Part shown: piece by piece, positions 21,119 through 31,678 of the stretch | How positions within the stretch are numbered: the stretch's first letter is position 1 | Layout of the letters: every line of letters starts with the position of its first letter | NCBI GenBank assembly: GCA_963752895.1 | Contig: CAVWAE010000020.1 | Location: 60,878 to 124,877 of the forward strand | DNA length: 64,000 nucleotides | Reading direction: 5' to 3' | Origin: an uncultured Alphaproteobacteria bacterium | GTDB taxonomy: Bacteria; Pseudomonadota; Alphaproteobacteria; Rhodobacterales; Rhodobacteraceae | Notes under the pieces: model-generated | What the model was told of the DNA's origin: nothing | What the model saw: the letters and a program-made list of their open reading frames with translations, nothing else | Database searches by the model: none | Made by a program: the position numbers and the translations under genes

Positions 21119-24100
21119 TTACTCCGCCGCTTCCCGGGCGTCCCACTGGACGATCTCCCCGGGAGAGGCGAGCGCCACGTCGATCCGCGTGCGCAGGTAG
21201 GTGCCAAGAACACCGACATTGGGCACCAGGACCATCGATCCGTGGTCGCCCGGCACCTCGACGACTTCCAGCTTCGGGATGTGTTCACCCCAGTCGTTGT
21301 CGTCGCTCACGTAGCGTTTTTCCGAGGTGATCCACCGGCCGCGGCTCACCTTGTAGTGCTTGTCGAGCGCCGGACGCATCAGGACGACGTTCATGTCGTA
21401 TTGCGGCGGCTGATAGGCCGCGATCGCATCGCGGAAGGCCATCTCGATCCGGTGGTTGTGGAACGTGCCTTCCGGCTCGTCGTTGCCCTTGCGGCGTTTC
21501 TCGAACTCCCAGGCGATCCGGTTGCGCGCCCATTCGAACACGTAAGCCCCACCCTTCTTGCGGAATTCTGCGAGCTTTATCAGTGCCTTGTCGATCTTTT
21601 TCAGGACCGGATCCTGGACCTTGTAGGTGTCGAGCAGGACCACGAGCGCCGCCTCTTCGCCTTCGGCCTCGAGTTGGCGCGCGATCTCCAGCGCGGTGAT
21701 CCCGCCGCCCGAGAACCCGCCGACCACGTAAGGCCCCTCGGGCTGGATCTGGCGCATCTCGGCAAGGCAGGACGCGGCGGCCTCCTCAAAGCTGTGCAAG
21801 GTCTCGTCGTCGCCGAGCAGTCCCTTCGCCTGGAGCCCGTAGACGGGGCGGTCCTTGCCCAGGATCTGCGCGATGTGGCGCAGGTTGAGCACGTTGCCGA
21901 ACATGCCGGCGACCAGGAAGACCGGTGTCGCATGGGTCTCGCGCGAGCGGTTGAGCGGCACGATATGGGTGAAGGCCGGACGGGTCTCGCCAGCCGCGGA
22001 GCCGTCGCCGCCGGTTGCGGTCTGGCGGTCGATGCGCGCCGCCCATTCGCGGATCGTCGGCGCCTCGGCCAGTACGGCCAGGCCGAAATCCGTCGCCCAG
22101 GTCTTGTTCACGTTGGCGCAGAGCCGGACCGCGATCAGGGAATGGCCGCCAAGGTCGAAGAAATCGTCGTCGATCCCGACCTTTGAAATGCCGAGCAGCT
22201 TCGACCATTCCTCGGCCAGCGCCGTCTCGACCTCGGTCTCGGGCGCGGCATAGGCGGTGTCGAGATCCGGGCGGTCGAATGTCTGCCCCGGCGCGTGCGC
22301 CACAGGCTCGGTCCGGTCGGCCTCGGCGATGAGGCCCGCGAGATCCAGCGAGCTGACAAGGACCTGCGGCAAGCCGAGCGCGAGGCTGCGCTCCAGGGCC
22401 GCGAGCCCCTCGCCCGGGCGGATGCCCTGGCCGACGTTCCAGGCCAGTTGCGCCTCGGCGGCGGTGCGCTTGTGCGGCGCATCGGCAGGGTCGGGAAAGG
22501 TCACATCGGTTGCCGTGAGCGGCGCCGGCGCAAGCCCTGTCTCCGGGTCCACCCGCTTCATCCGCAACCCGCCGATCTCGACCAGCACGGTGCCGTCGAG
22601 ATCGCACAACGTCACCTCGAACAGGGCGCTGTCGAGCGGGCCGTCGGCCGGCGCGAGCCGCACCCAGCAGGCCAGTTCGGCCCCGAGCGGGCGGTGCACC
22701 CGGATCGTGGCGCAGCTTTCGGGCAACCAGAGGCTGCCGTCGACATGGTTCGGCGCCAGCCCGACCGCCCAGGTCATGGCGAGGTCGAGCAGGCCGGGGT
22801 GAAGGATCATCCCCGGCGCCAGTGTGTCCATCGCCGCGGCCGGCAGTTTGAGCCGGGCCAGCCCTTCGGTCGTGCCGAGGGCTGTCTCCCGAAGCCCGTG
22901 CCACGCCGGCCCGTAGATGAGCCGGGCCTCCTGCGGCGCGCGCAGGTGATCGTCCTCGGCGGCGGAACTGGGCGTGCCGTTCTGACAGCGCACGGCGACG
23001 GCGCCGAGATCGACCGGCGGCGGCGCTGTCGCATCGAGCGCCGTCACCTTCGCCCGCGCATGGGTGAGCCGGGCGGCGCGCCCATCGACGCTGACATCGC
23101 TGTGCAATTCGAACTGCACAGCCGCAGCGTTCTGGCGCATCCGGACCGCGGTTTGCGGGGCCCGGGCCCCGGACCCGGCGCCGGCCAGGAACGGATGGTC
23201 GAGATGCAGGCCCTCGATCTCGAGCGGAACCGCACCGCCATCGGCCACGAAGCCTTCGGCGGCCAGTTCGATCATCGCCGCGGCGGGCATCAGCCCGGTG
23301 CCTGCGCCAATACCTGATCCCGTGCCTGAGCCGGTGCCGGACCTGACCTGGTGCTGGTCGAGCACCCAGGCGCGCCCGGCCTCCCAGGTGGTGCGTAGCA
23401 GCCGCACCCCGTCGCGGTCGAACCCGGCGGTGCCGATGAGCGGCGCGTCGACCGGCACCCCCGGCGCCTCCGACGGGTCCACCGGATCGAGCGCACGCGC
23501 GACCATGCCGATGTCCGACCAGACGCCCCAGTTGATCGAGACCACCCGGGTTTCGCCGCCCTGCCGGCTCTTGGCATAGGCGTTGAGATATTCGTTGGCG
23601 GCCACGAAATCGACTTCGCCGGCGTTGTGTGTCGCCGTCGTGGTCGAGGAGAACAGCACCATGAGGTCGGTGGAACCGTCCGGGAACAGCTCTTCGAGCA
23701 CCCGCAGTCCGTCGATCTTGGGCGCGAACACCAGTTCCATCGCCTGCGGGTCGCGGTCGAGGAGCGGGCCGTCGTCGAGCACGCCGGCCGCATGGAGCAC
23801 CCCGTCGATCCGGCCGTGGCGCTCGGTCACCGAGGTGACAACGGCGCGCATGGCTTCGAGGTTGGTCACGTTGGCGGCGGCGATCTCGATCTCGCCGTCG
23901 AGCATTTCGAGCGCCTGGACGCCGCGAATGGCGGCGGCGATGCGGTCGCCGGGCGCGCTGCGCGCCAGTACCCCGTCCCAGCTTTCGCGCGGCGGCATCG
24001 CGCGCCGCCCGACCAGGATCACCCTGGCCGCATGGCGCTCGAGCAGGGAGCGTGCCACGTCGAGCCCGAGGTCGCCGAGCCCACCGGTGATGAGATAGGT

Positions 24101-27100
24101 GCCGCCGTCGCGGAAGGCCGGCGTTTGCGGCGCCTCCAGCTTCACCTTGGTGTAGCCCTGCCGGTACCGGCGCGCGTCGCGGTAGGCGGCAACCTCGTTC
24201 GCCGGGTCTGCCAGCAGGTCTTCGAGAAGCCGGAGCGCGAGGGCGTCATGATCGGGTTTGGTCCGCCTGCCGAACAGGCCCTTGCGGGCCGGCGCCGGGC
24301 CGACCGGTTCGAGATCGAGGGTCGCGCAGGTGACCCCCGGCAATTCGCGCGACATCACCCCGGCGGGGCCGGCGATCGTCGCCTTTTCGGGCGAGGCGAT
24401 CGGCCCGCCGTTCACCGACGCCGAATCCCGCGTGACGGCCAGGATGTGGACCGGCCCGGAGAGATCGGCGCGGCCCAGCGCCTGGGCGAGATAGGTCAGG
24501 CTGTAGAAGCCGTATTCCATGTTGTCATGGAACGGGTCCGAGCCGAGCCGGTGGGAGTCCGCCCCGAACAATCCCCAGAAATGGGCAATGCGGGTGGGGG
24601 TGAGCCCCTTTTCGGCAAGGTCCGAAAACAGCGCCTCGTAGCCCTCGCGCCCCTGTTCCGACAACAGCGAATAGCGCCGCTCGCCGACTTCGGCGAAGGT
24701 GTCGCCCGAGACCACCCGGACCACCGTGTGACCGGCCGCCTCGAGGCGGTCGAAAGCGGCCCTGGCGATCCCCTCGCTGTCTTCGAAGACCAGCCAGGTT
24801 TCTTTCGGGGCGCGGTCGAGCCCGGTCGCCACATCGTATTCGCAGGCGGCATAGGCCGGGTACCAGGCCGGACGCCAGCCCCAGTCGGCGATGTCTTCCT
24901 TGCGCAGGAGATCGTGCGACACGGCCGACGCCGTCGCGGCAGCGGTGCGCCCCGGTTCGATGAGATAGCGCGCACGCTGGAAGCTGTAGCCGGGCAGCGG
25001 GACACGGTGGCGCTTGGCCTCGGCCCAGAACTGGCCCCAGTCGGCCTCGACCCCAAGGGCCCAGAGCCGGGCCAGCGCGCCGATGAAATGCACATCGTCG
25101 GCAACGGGCGCCGCGGGATCGCGCAGCGTGTCGATGAACCGGTCCGCGGTCACGCCTTCGGTGTCGAGGACACGGGCCGCGAAGCCCGGATCGCGTGCGA
25201 GCGCGAGGAACACCCTGTCGGGACTTGCCGCGAGCGCGGCGATCGCCGCGGCGAGATGGCTTTCATCCCCACCGGCGGAGACCCAGGTCTCCGGGCTGGT
25301 CGCCTGTTGCGGCGTGATCGGCGCGCCGGTGCGAGCCGAGACCAGCGGCATCCCGGGTGCGTGCAGTTCAAGCCCGCTGGCAAAACCGCGCACTTCGGCG
25401 CGCGCGGCTTTGCGCGCGTCGGCCTGTTCTGTCGCGGTCAGGCGCCCGCGCAGATGGGCGAGCTTGACGGCCTCTTCGAACGTCAAGACGCCCGCGACCA
25501 CCGCGGCGGCGGTTTCGCCCGCCGAGGCGCCCACCAGCGAGACCGGCGCCACACCCCAGGACAGGGCGAGCTGCGCCATCGCGACGCCGAGGATCACGGT
25601 GAGCGGTTCGGCAATGGCGGGGGTTGCGAGCCGGTCGGACGCCGCGTCGTTGCGCTCTTCGGCGAAGCAGAGCGCGCGCAGATCTTCGCCTGCCTGTTCA
25701 CCCAGCTGGTCGCCGAACGCATCGAACCCGCGCGCCATCCAGTCGTTGAAGACCGGTTCGGTCTCGTAGAGATCGCGCGCGGTGCCCGGCGCGAGCACCG
25801 GCGCGCCCGGGAACAGGAACACGACGCCCGGGGCGGACCCGAGGCGGTCATGGGTGAAAACCCGGCGTTCGTCGCCGGTGTCAAGCAGGCGCGCGGCCTC
25901 GGCGTGGTCGCGCGCGACCAGCACCCGGCGCTTGTCGAACCGCTTGCGCCCCTGCATCAGCGTGAAGGCCACGTCGGCCAGCGGCTGTTCGGGATGGGCG
26001 CGCAGATGGGCCGCGAGGCGTGCCGACATCGCGTCGAGCGCTTGGCCGTTGCGCGCCGAGAGCACGATCGGCTGGAACGGGAACACGCCCGGGTCCGAGG
26101 CCGCACGTTCGGGCGCCTGTTCGAGCACCGCATGCGCGTTGGTGCCGCCCACGCCAAGCGTGTTGACCGCGGCCCGGCGGGGGGATGCGCCCGCGGGCCA
26201 GGCGGCGCGCTTGTCGTTCACGTAGAACGGGCTGGCCGCGAAATCGATCATCGGGTTCGGCGCCTCGTAATTGAGGCTCGGCGGGATCTCGGCATGGCTG
26301 AGCGCCAGCGCCGTCTTCACCAACCCGGTGACGGCGGCGGCGGTGTCGAGGTTGCCGACGTTGGTCTGGACCGAGCCGATGCCGCAGAACTGCGCCCCTT
26401 CGGCGCCGCGCGCCCGGTAGGCCTCGGTGAGCCCGGCCACCTCGAACGGATCGCCCAGCAGCGTGCCGGTGCCGTGGCATTCGACATAGGCGATGGTCTC
26501 GGGCGCGACCCCGGCGGCATCGAGCGCCTGGCCCACCACCGCGGCCTGCCCGGCCTCGGAGGGCGCGAAGAACCCGGCCTTGTCGGCGCCGTCGTTGTTG
26601 AGCCCGGTGCCCTTGATGACCGCCCAGATATGGTCGCCGTCGGCCAGCGCGTCCTCGAGCCGGCGCAGCACCACCGCGCCCGCGCCCGAACCCATGACCG
26701 AGCCGCCCGCCTTGTGGTCGAAGGCGCGGCAATGGCCGTCGGGCGAGAGAATGTCGTTCTCGCGGTAGAGATAGCCGCGTCCATGCGGCATCTCGACCGA
26801 GACGCCGCCGGCCAGCGCCATGTCGCACTCGCCGTCCTTGAGCGCCTTGGCTGCCTGGTGGACGCCGACCAGCGCGGTGGAGCACGCCGTCTGGATGTTG
26901 ATCGACGGCCCCTTCAGGTCGAGCAGATGGCTCACCCGGGTCGACAGGAAATCCTTGTCGTTGCCGGTGTTGCGCAGCTGGAACGGCCCGAGATCGTCGA
27001 CCAGATCGGGGTTCGAGAACAGGTTCAGATAGAGATAGCTGCCCGCCCCGCAGCCGGCGAACACGCCGACCCGTCCGGCGAATTCTTCCGCCGTGTGACC

Positions 27101-27436
27101 CGCGTTCTCCAGCGCCTCCCAGGCGGTTTCGAGAAACTTGCGGTGTTGCGGATCGAGGATCGCGGCCTCTTTCGGGCTGAAGCCGAAAAACTCGGCGTCG
27201 AACATGTCGTAGCCGTCGAGCAGTCCGGCGGCGGGCACGTAGTTTTCGCGCCGCATCATCTCGGGGCTTTCGCCGGCCGCTTTCAGCTGAGGCGGGTCGA
27301 GCCGGGAAATGCTCTCGACCCCGTTGGCGAGGTTGTCCCAGAAGTCATCGAGCGTCGCCGCACCGGGCAGGTTGACTGCCATGCCCACAATCGCGATGTC
27401 GCCTGACGCATCGCCGGATAATTTACGTTGGGTCAA
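21119..27436 (-). CDS. Type I polyketide synthase, domain order KS-AT-KR-DH-ACP-TE
   Basis: KS (DIAIVGMAVNLPG, IQTACSTALV, ECHGTGTLLGDP), AT (FLFPGAP.., GASAGE), KR (GTYLITGGLGDLG), DH (LDQHQVRSG..LMPAAAMIE, HPGLLDLA), ACP (FFDLGGHSLIAV), TE (GFSGGG). The ORF is open to the ATG at 27526; a TTG at 27436 behind AGGA is the more plausible start. Confidence 0.88.
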   Translation of the reverse strand: MTQRKLSGDASGDIAIVGMAVNLPGAATLDDFWDNLANGVESISRLDPPQLKAAGESPEMMRRENYVPAAGLLDGYDMFDAEFFGFSPKEAAILDPQHRKFLETAWEALENAGHTAEEFAGRVGVFAGCGAGSYLYLNLFSNPDLVDDLGPFQLRNTGNDKDFLSTRVSHLLDLKGPSINIQTACSTALVGVHQAAKALKDGECDMALAGGVSVEMPHGRGYLYRENDILSPDGHCRAFDHKAGGSVMGSGAGAVVLRRLEDALADGDHIWAVIKGTGLNNDGADKAGFFAPSEAGQAAVVGQALDAAGVAPETIAYVECHGTGTLLGDPFEVAGLTEAYRARGAEGAQFCGIGSVQTNVGNLDTAAAVTGLVKTALALSHAEIPPSLNYEAPNPMIDFAASPFYVNDKRAAWPAGASPRRAAVNTLGVGGTNAHAVLEQAPERAASDPGVFPFQPIVLSARNGQALDAMSARLAAHLRAHPEQPLADVAFTLMQGRKRFDKRRVLVARDHAEAARLLDTGDERRVFTHDRLGSAPGVVFLFPGAPVLAPGTARDLYETEPVFNDWMARGFDAFGDQLGEQAGEDLRALCFAEERNDAASDRLATPAIAEPLTVILGVAMAQLALSWGVAPVSLVGASAGETAAAVVAGVLTFEEAVKLAHLRGRLTATEQADARKAARAEVRGFASGLELHAPGMPLVSARTGAPITPQQATSPETWVSAGGDESHLAAAIAALAASPDRVFLALARDPGFAARVLDTEGVTADRFIDTLRDPAAPVADDVHFIGALARLWALGVEADWGQFWAEAKRHRVPLPGYSFQRARYLIEPGRTAAATASAVSHDLLRKEDIADWGWRPAWYPAYAACEYDVATGLDRAPKETWLVFEDSEGIARAAFDRLEAAGHTVVRVVSGDTFAEVGERRYSLLSEQGREGYEALFSDLAEKGLTPTRIAHFWGLFGADSHRLGSDPFHDNMEYGFYSLTYLAQALGRADLSGPVHILAVTRDSASVNGGPIASPEKATIAGPAGVMSRELPGVTCATLDLEPVGPAPARKGLFGRRTKPDHDALALRLLEDLLADPANEVAAYRDARRYRQGYTKVKLEAPQTPAFRDGGTYLITGGLGDLGLDVARSLLERHAARVILVGRRAMPPRESWDGVLARSAPGDRIAAAIRGVQALEMLDGEIEIAAANVTNLEAMRAVVTSVTERHGRIDGVLHAAGVLDDGPLLDRDPQAMELVFAPKIDGLRVLEELFPDGSTDLMVLFSSTTTATHNAGEVDFVAANEYLNAYAKSRQGGETRVVSINWGVWSDIGMVARALDPVDPSEAPGVPVDAPLIGTAGFDRDGVRLLRTTWEAGRAWVLDQHQVRSGTGSGTGSGIGAGTGLMPAAAMIELAAEGFVADGGAVPLEIEGLHLDHPFLAGAGSGARAPQTAVRMRQNAAAVQFELHSDVSVDGRAARLTHARAKVTALDATAPPPVDLGAVAVRCQNGTPSSAAEDDHLRAPQEARLIYGPAWHGLRETALGTTEGLARLKLPAAAMDTLAPGMILHPGLLDLAMTWAVGLAPNHVDGSLWLPESCATIRVHRPLGAELACWVRLAPADGPLDSALFEVTLCDLDGTVLVEIGGLRMKRVDPETGLAPAPLTATDVTFPDPADAPHKRTAAEAQLAWNVGQGIRPGEGLAALERSLALGLPQVLVSSLDLAGLIAEADRTEPVAHAPGQTFDRPDLDTAYAAPETEVETALAEEWSKLLGISKVGIDDDFFDLGGHSLIAVRLCANVNKTWATDFGLAVLAEAPTIREWAARIDRQTATGGDGSAAGETRPAFTHIVPLNRSRETHATPVFLVAGMFGNVLNLRHIAQILGKDRPVYGLQAKGLLGDDETLHSFEEAAASCLAEMRQIQPEGPYVVGGFSGGGITALEIARQLEAEGEEAALVVLLDTYKVQDPVLKKIDKALIKLAEFRKKGGAYVFEWARNRIAWEFEKRRKGNDEPEGTFHNHRIEMAFRDAIAAYQPPQYDMNVVLMRPALDKHYKVSRGRWITSEKRYVSDDNDWGEHIPKLEVVEVPGDHGSMVLVPNVGVLGTYLRTRIDVALASPGEIVQWDAREAAE

Positions 27437-27582
27437 TGTCGAATTCCTGTTCCCCCAATACAGGCCAACTGCATAACAAATACCTGCGTGGAACAGTAGC
27501 TGGCCTCCGGCAAGATACCGCCGCAAGTCGGGTAAGTATTTGAAAAATTAGTGAAAACAGATTATTCACGAAATAGGATACA

Positions 27583-27601
27583 GTTTCCGTTACAGAAACA
27601 A
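27583..27601. promoter_or_regulatory. GTTTC-N7-GAAACAA palindrome in the PKS / wecB-like divergent intergenic region
   Basis: caGTTTCcgttacaGAAACAAtc, read directly, about 150 bp upstream of the PKS start. Confidence 0.3.
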
Positions 27602-28030
27602 TCTGTCCACTCCGCGGCATTTGCATGAACAAAGGGATAATGTGCGGCGCGACACGGAGTTGAATTCGCCCCGCGGGGGCTCGACACCCCGAATTGCTCC
27701 ACCGCCCCGCGTGATGAACAGGGACCCGAAATTGGCGCATATCCCGTCCGGTCGGTTTGGTTTTCGACATCTTGCGGCTTCCGGCCAGAGTGCCGCGACA
27801 TCTTGACGGAAGCCACGAAACACCCCCACGGCCCAGCTCGAGACAGTGGTTCCAAAGCGGAAACAATCCTGGCAAAACAACGGTGACTTTGCGTGGCTTT
27901 CGCCACAATCCATCCGCGGCGGCCCCGATCCCGCCGAATCCCCGTTTCATTCCGGCTCCAATCGACCGATAGGATCCTGCCCGGGCGCCTCGCGTCCGGG
28001 ATTCGAAACCGCTGAAGAGAGGTCCAGCCC

Positions 28031-28786
28031 GTGCAGTTCCGCTACGACGACAAGACAATCTCGGTGAACGTCGCCACGCAGGCGGATTTGGCCGCGAAGG
28101 TGGCCGAACGCTGGCAGGCCGGAGACGGGTTTGCGCTGGCGACGATCAATCTCGACCACCTTGCCAAGCTGGAGGTCGACCCGGCCTTTGTCGATGCCTA
28201 CGCGGCCCAGGATTTCGTCGTCGCCGACGGCTGGCCGATCGTCACGCTGGCGCGCACCGCCGGCACGCCGGTCGAGCTGATGCCCGGCTCCGACATGGTG
28301 CAGCCGCTTTGCGAATGGGCCGCGAAGGCGGGGGTGAAGGTGGGGTTCGTCGGCAGCCACGACCAGGCGCTGGCGGACGCGAAACGGGTGCTGACCGAGC
28401 GGGTGCCCGGGCTCGACATCGTCTATGCCCATGCGCCTGCGATGGGGTTCGACCCCGAGGGTGACGCGGCGGCGGCGATCCTGGCGGCGCTCACGGCGGC
28501 CGAGGTGCGCATGTGCTTCCTCGCCCTCGGCGCGCCGAAACAGGAACAGCTCGCGGCGCGCGGGCGGCAGGTGGCCCCCGGCGTCGGCTTCGCCTCGATC
28601 GGCGCCGGGCTCGATTTCTTCGGCGGTCACCAGGTGCGCGCCCCGAAGCTCGCCCGCCAGCTCAAGGTCGAATGGCTCTGGCGCGCGCTGACCTCGCCCC
28701 GGCGGATGGTGCCGCGCTACTGGCGCGCGGGCAAACTGCTGCCACGCCACATGATCGAAGCCCGCCGCCAAAGGCGGCAGGGGTGA
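28031..28786 (+). CDS. WecB/TagA/CpsF family (GT26) glycosyltransferase
   Basis: GTG start; ..FALATINLDHLAKL..VVADGWPIVTLAR..VGFVGSHDQAL..FLALGAPKQEQLAA..GAGLDFFGGHQVRAPKLARQLKVEWLWRAL..PRRM. Confidence 0.85.
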   Translation: MQFRYDDKTISVNVATQADLAAKVAERWQAGDGFALATINLDHLAKLEVDPAFVDAYAAQDFVVADGWPIVTLARTAGTPVELMPGSDMVQPLCEWAAKAGVKVGFVGSHDQALADAKRVLTERVPGLDIVYAHAPAMGFDPEGDAAAAILAALTAAEVRMCFLALGAPKQEQLAARGRQVAPGVGFASIGAGLDFFGGHQVRAPKLARQLKVEWLWRALTSPRRMVPRYWRAGKLLPRHMIEARRQRRQG

Positions 28787-29757
28787 GCTGGCACTTGTAT
28801 TCGATCAGGGTCGAGCGCCGGGCGGTGAGCCGGGACCGGTAGAACTTCAGCGCCCCCAGACGCCTCGGGGAACTTGCCGAGAGTGAGAAAGAACGCCCAT
28901 TCCCAGGAGAACCGGTCGCGGATCCCGCGCGCGCGGGCGAGCCGGGCGATCTGGAGCGGGTAGAGCCCCAGCACGAGCAGGCCCCAGCCCCCGACCAGCA
29001 GCACGGCCACGAGCGTGACCAGCGGAATTGCGAGCCCCCAGAAAAGGAGCCGCCGGGTCTCGCCGACCCAATGTCCGTGCGCCTTGCCGTGCAGGTGCGC
29101 GCCTTCCGCAAAGGCGTGGCCGGCGCGGCTCACCCGTTTCCACCATTGGCCGAATTGCAGGATCGCGGCGTCATGGGCGGTCATCTCGGCGTCGAGCCGC
29201 CAGATCTTCCAGCCCGCGACGCGCAGGCGCAGGCAGAGGTCGGGCTCTTCGCCCGCGATCAGCGTCGGGTTGTAGCCACCGACCGCGTCGAGCGCCGTCC
29301 AGCGGCCGAGCGCATCGCCGCCGCAGGCCAGCGCCTCGCCGGGAGGGGTGTTCCATTCGTCGTCGCAGAGCCGGTTGTAGACCGAAGCCTCGGGGTGGAT
29401 CTCGCGGCGCCGTCCGCAGGCCATCGCCACCTCCGGGTGGTCCTCGAGAAAGGCGTGCGCGGTGTCGATCCAGCCCGGTTGCAGGACGCAGTCGCCGTCG
29501 ACGAACTGGACGTAGTCGGGCGGCGCGTCTGCGAGTGCTTCAATCCCCGCATTGCGCGCGCGCGCGGCGGTGAAGGGTTTGGTCATGTCGAGCGCCACGA
29601 CCTCGGCACCGAGCCCGGCGGCGGCCTCGGGGCTGCCGTCGGTCGAGCCGGAATCGACATAGATGATCCGGGCCACGTGGTCCCCGAGCGAGGACAGGCA
29701 GGCGACGAGGCGGTCGCCTTCGTTGCGGCCGATGACGACGGCGGAGATCTGGCTCAC
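28717..29757 (-). CDS. Family 2 glycosyltransferase with C-terminal membrane segment; probable frame switch near 28855-28870
   Basis: ISAVVIGRNEGDRLVACLSSL..IIYVDSGSTDGS..YVQFVDGDCVL..GEEPDLCLRL. The expected tail (LGALKFYRSRLTARRSTLIEYK) appears in a different frame (ORF 28662-29111). GTGA overlap with the rmlD stop. Confidence 0.75.
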   Translation of the reverse strand: MSQISAVVIGRNEGDRLVACLSSLGDHVARIIYVDSGSTDGSPEAAAGLGAEVVALDMTKPFTAARARNAGIEALADAPPDYVQFVDGDCVLQPGWIDTAHAFLEDHPEVAMACGRRREIHPEASVYNRLCDDEWNTPPGEALACGGDALGRWTALDAVGGYNPTLIAGEEPDLCLRLRVAGWKIWRLDAEMTAHDAAILQFGQWWKRVSRAGHAFAEGAHLHGKAHGHWVGETRRLLFWGLAIPLVTLVAVLLVGGWGLLVLGLYPLQIARLARARGIRDRFSWEWAFFLTLGKFPEASGGAEVLPVPAHRPALDPDRIQVPAHPCRLWRRASIMWRGSSLPARQ

Positions 29758-30625
29758 GGTGCCCCCTCCGCGCGCCAGCCGGCGGCGATCCGGGCCACGT
29801 CCGGGCGCCAGTCGGGCTGGGCGAGACCGTAGGCTTCGGCGATGCGGCTGCAGTCGAGCACCGAGTTGGCCGGGCGTTCGGCGGGGGTGGGGAAGGTATC
29901 GGACGAGACCGGGTCGATCCGGGGCGGGTTCGGGGTGCCGGCCAGGATTGCGCGGGCGAAATCGTCGCGCGCGACGGCCGGGGCGCCGGCGTAGTGGAAC
30001 AGCCCGGGCACGCCCTGCCCCGCCTCGAAAGCCCGGGCGATGTGAAGGAGCGCCTCGGCCACGGCGCGCGCGGGCGTCGGGCTGCCGCGCTGGTCGTCGA
30101 CCACGCTGAGCACGTCGCGGGTGGCGCCGAGGTTCAGCATGGCGGTGACGAAATTCTTCGCCGCGCCGTCATAGACCCAGGCCACCCGCAGGATCACGGC
30201 GTCGCCGCCGGCGTCGCGCACGGCGCGCTCGCCGTCGAGCTTCGACTGGCCGTAGTAACCCAACGGCGCGACCGGGTCGTCCTCGCGCCAGCCGCGTGTG
30301 CCGCTGCCATCGAACACGTAGTCGGTGGAGATATGCAGGAAGGGCACGCCCTTCGCCGCCGCCGCGGCCGCCATCGCGCCCGGCGCTGCCGCGTTGACCA
30401 AGTTTGCCGTTTCCCGGTCGGTCTCGGCCGCGTCGACGGCCGTGTAGGCGGCGGCGTTGATGACGGCATCGACCTCAGCGGCGGCAATGGCGCGGGCACA
30501 GGCGTCCGGATCGGTCAAATCGGCCGCGTCACGCCCCAGGACCTGAGCCTCGATCCCCTCCGCCGCGCATGCCGCGGCCAGCGCCCGGGCGACCTGGCCC
30601 GTCTTGCCGAAAACCAGGAGCCGCA

Positions 30626-30626
<1 letters not shown>
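29754..30626 (-). CDS. rmlD: dTDP-4-dehydrorhamnose reductase
   Basis: MRLLVFGKTGQVARAL..VINAAAYTAVDAAE..FLHISTDYVFDG..YGQSKLDGE..VILRVAWVY. Confidence 0.9.

Positions 30627-31674
<1,048 letters not shown>

Positions 31675-31678
<4 letters not shown>

Noticed and set aside
23627-27406. 1259-aa plus-strand ORF antisense to the PKS. Similar giants occur at 32393-36343 (antisense to tamB), 41619-43997 (antisense to the 758-aa gene), 52758-56078, 58564-61530, 9285-11438 and 20144-22186.
   Set aside because: Their translations are Arg/Gly/Ala/Pro-rich with no recognisable motifs, and each lies opposite a gene with clear family signatures. These are typical stop-poor shadow frames of high-GC DNA.
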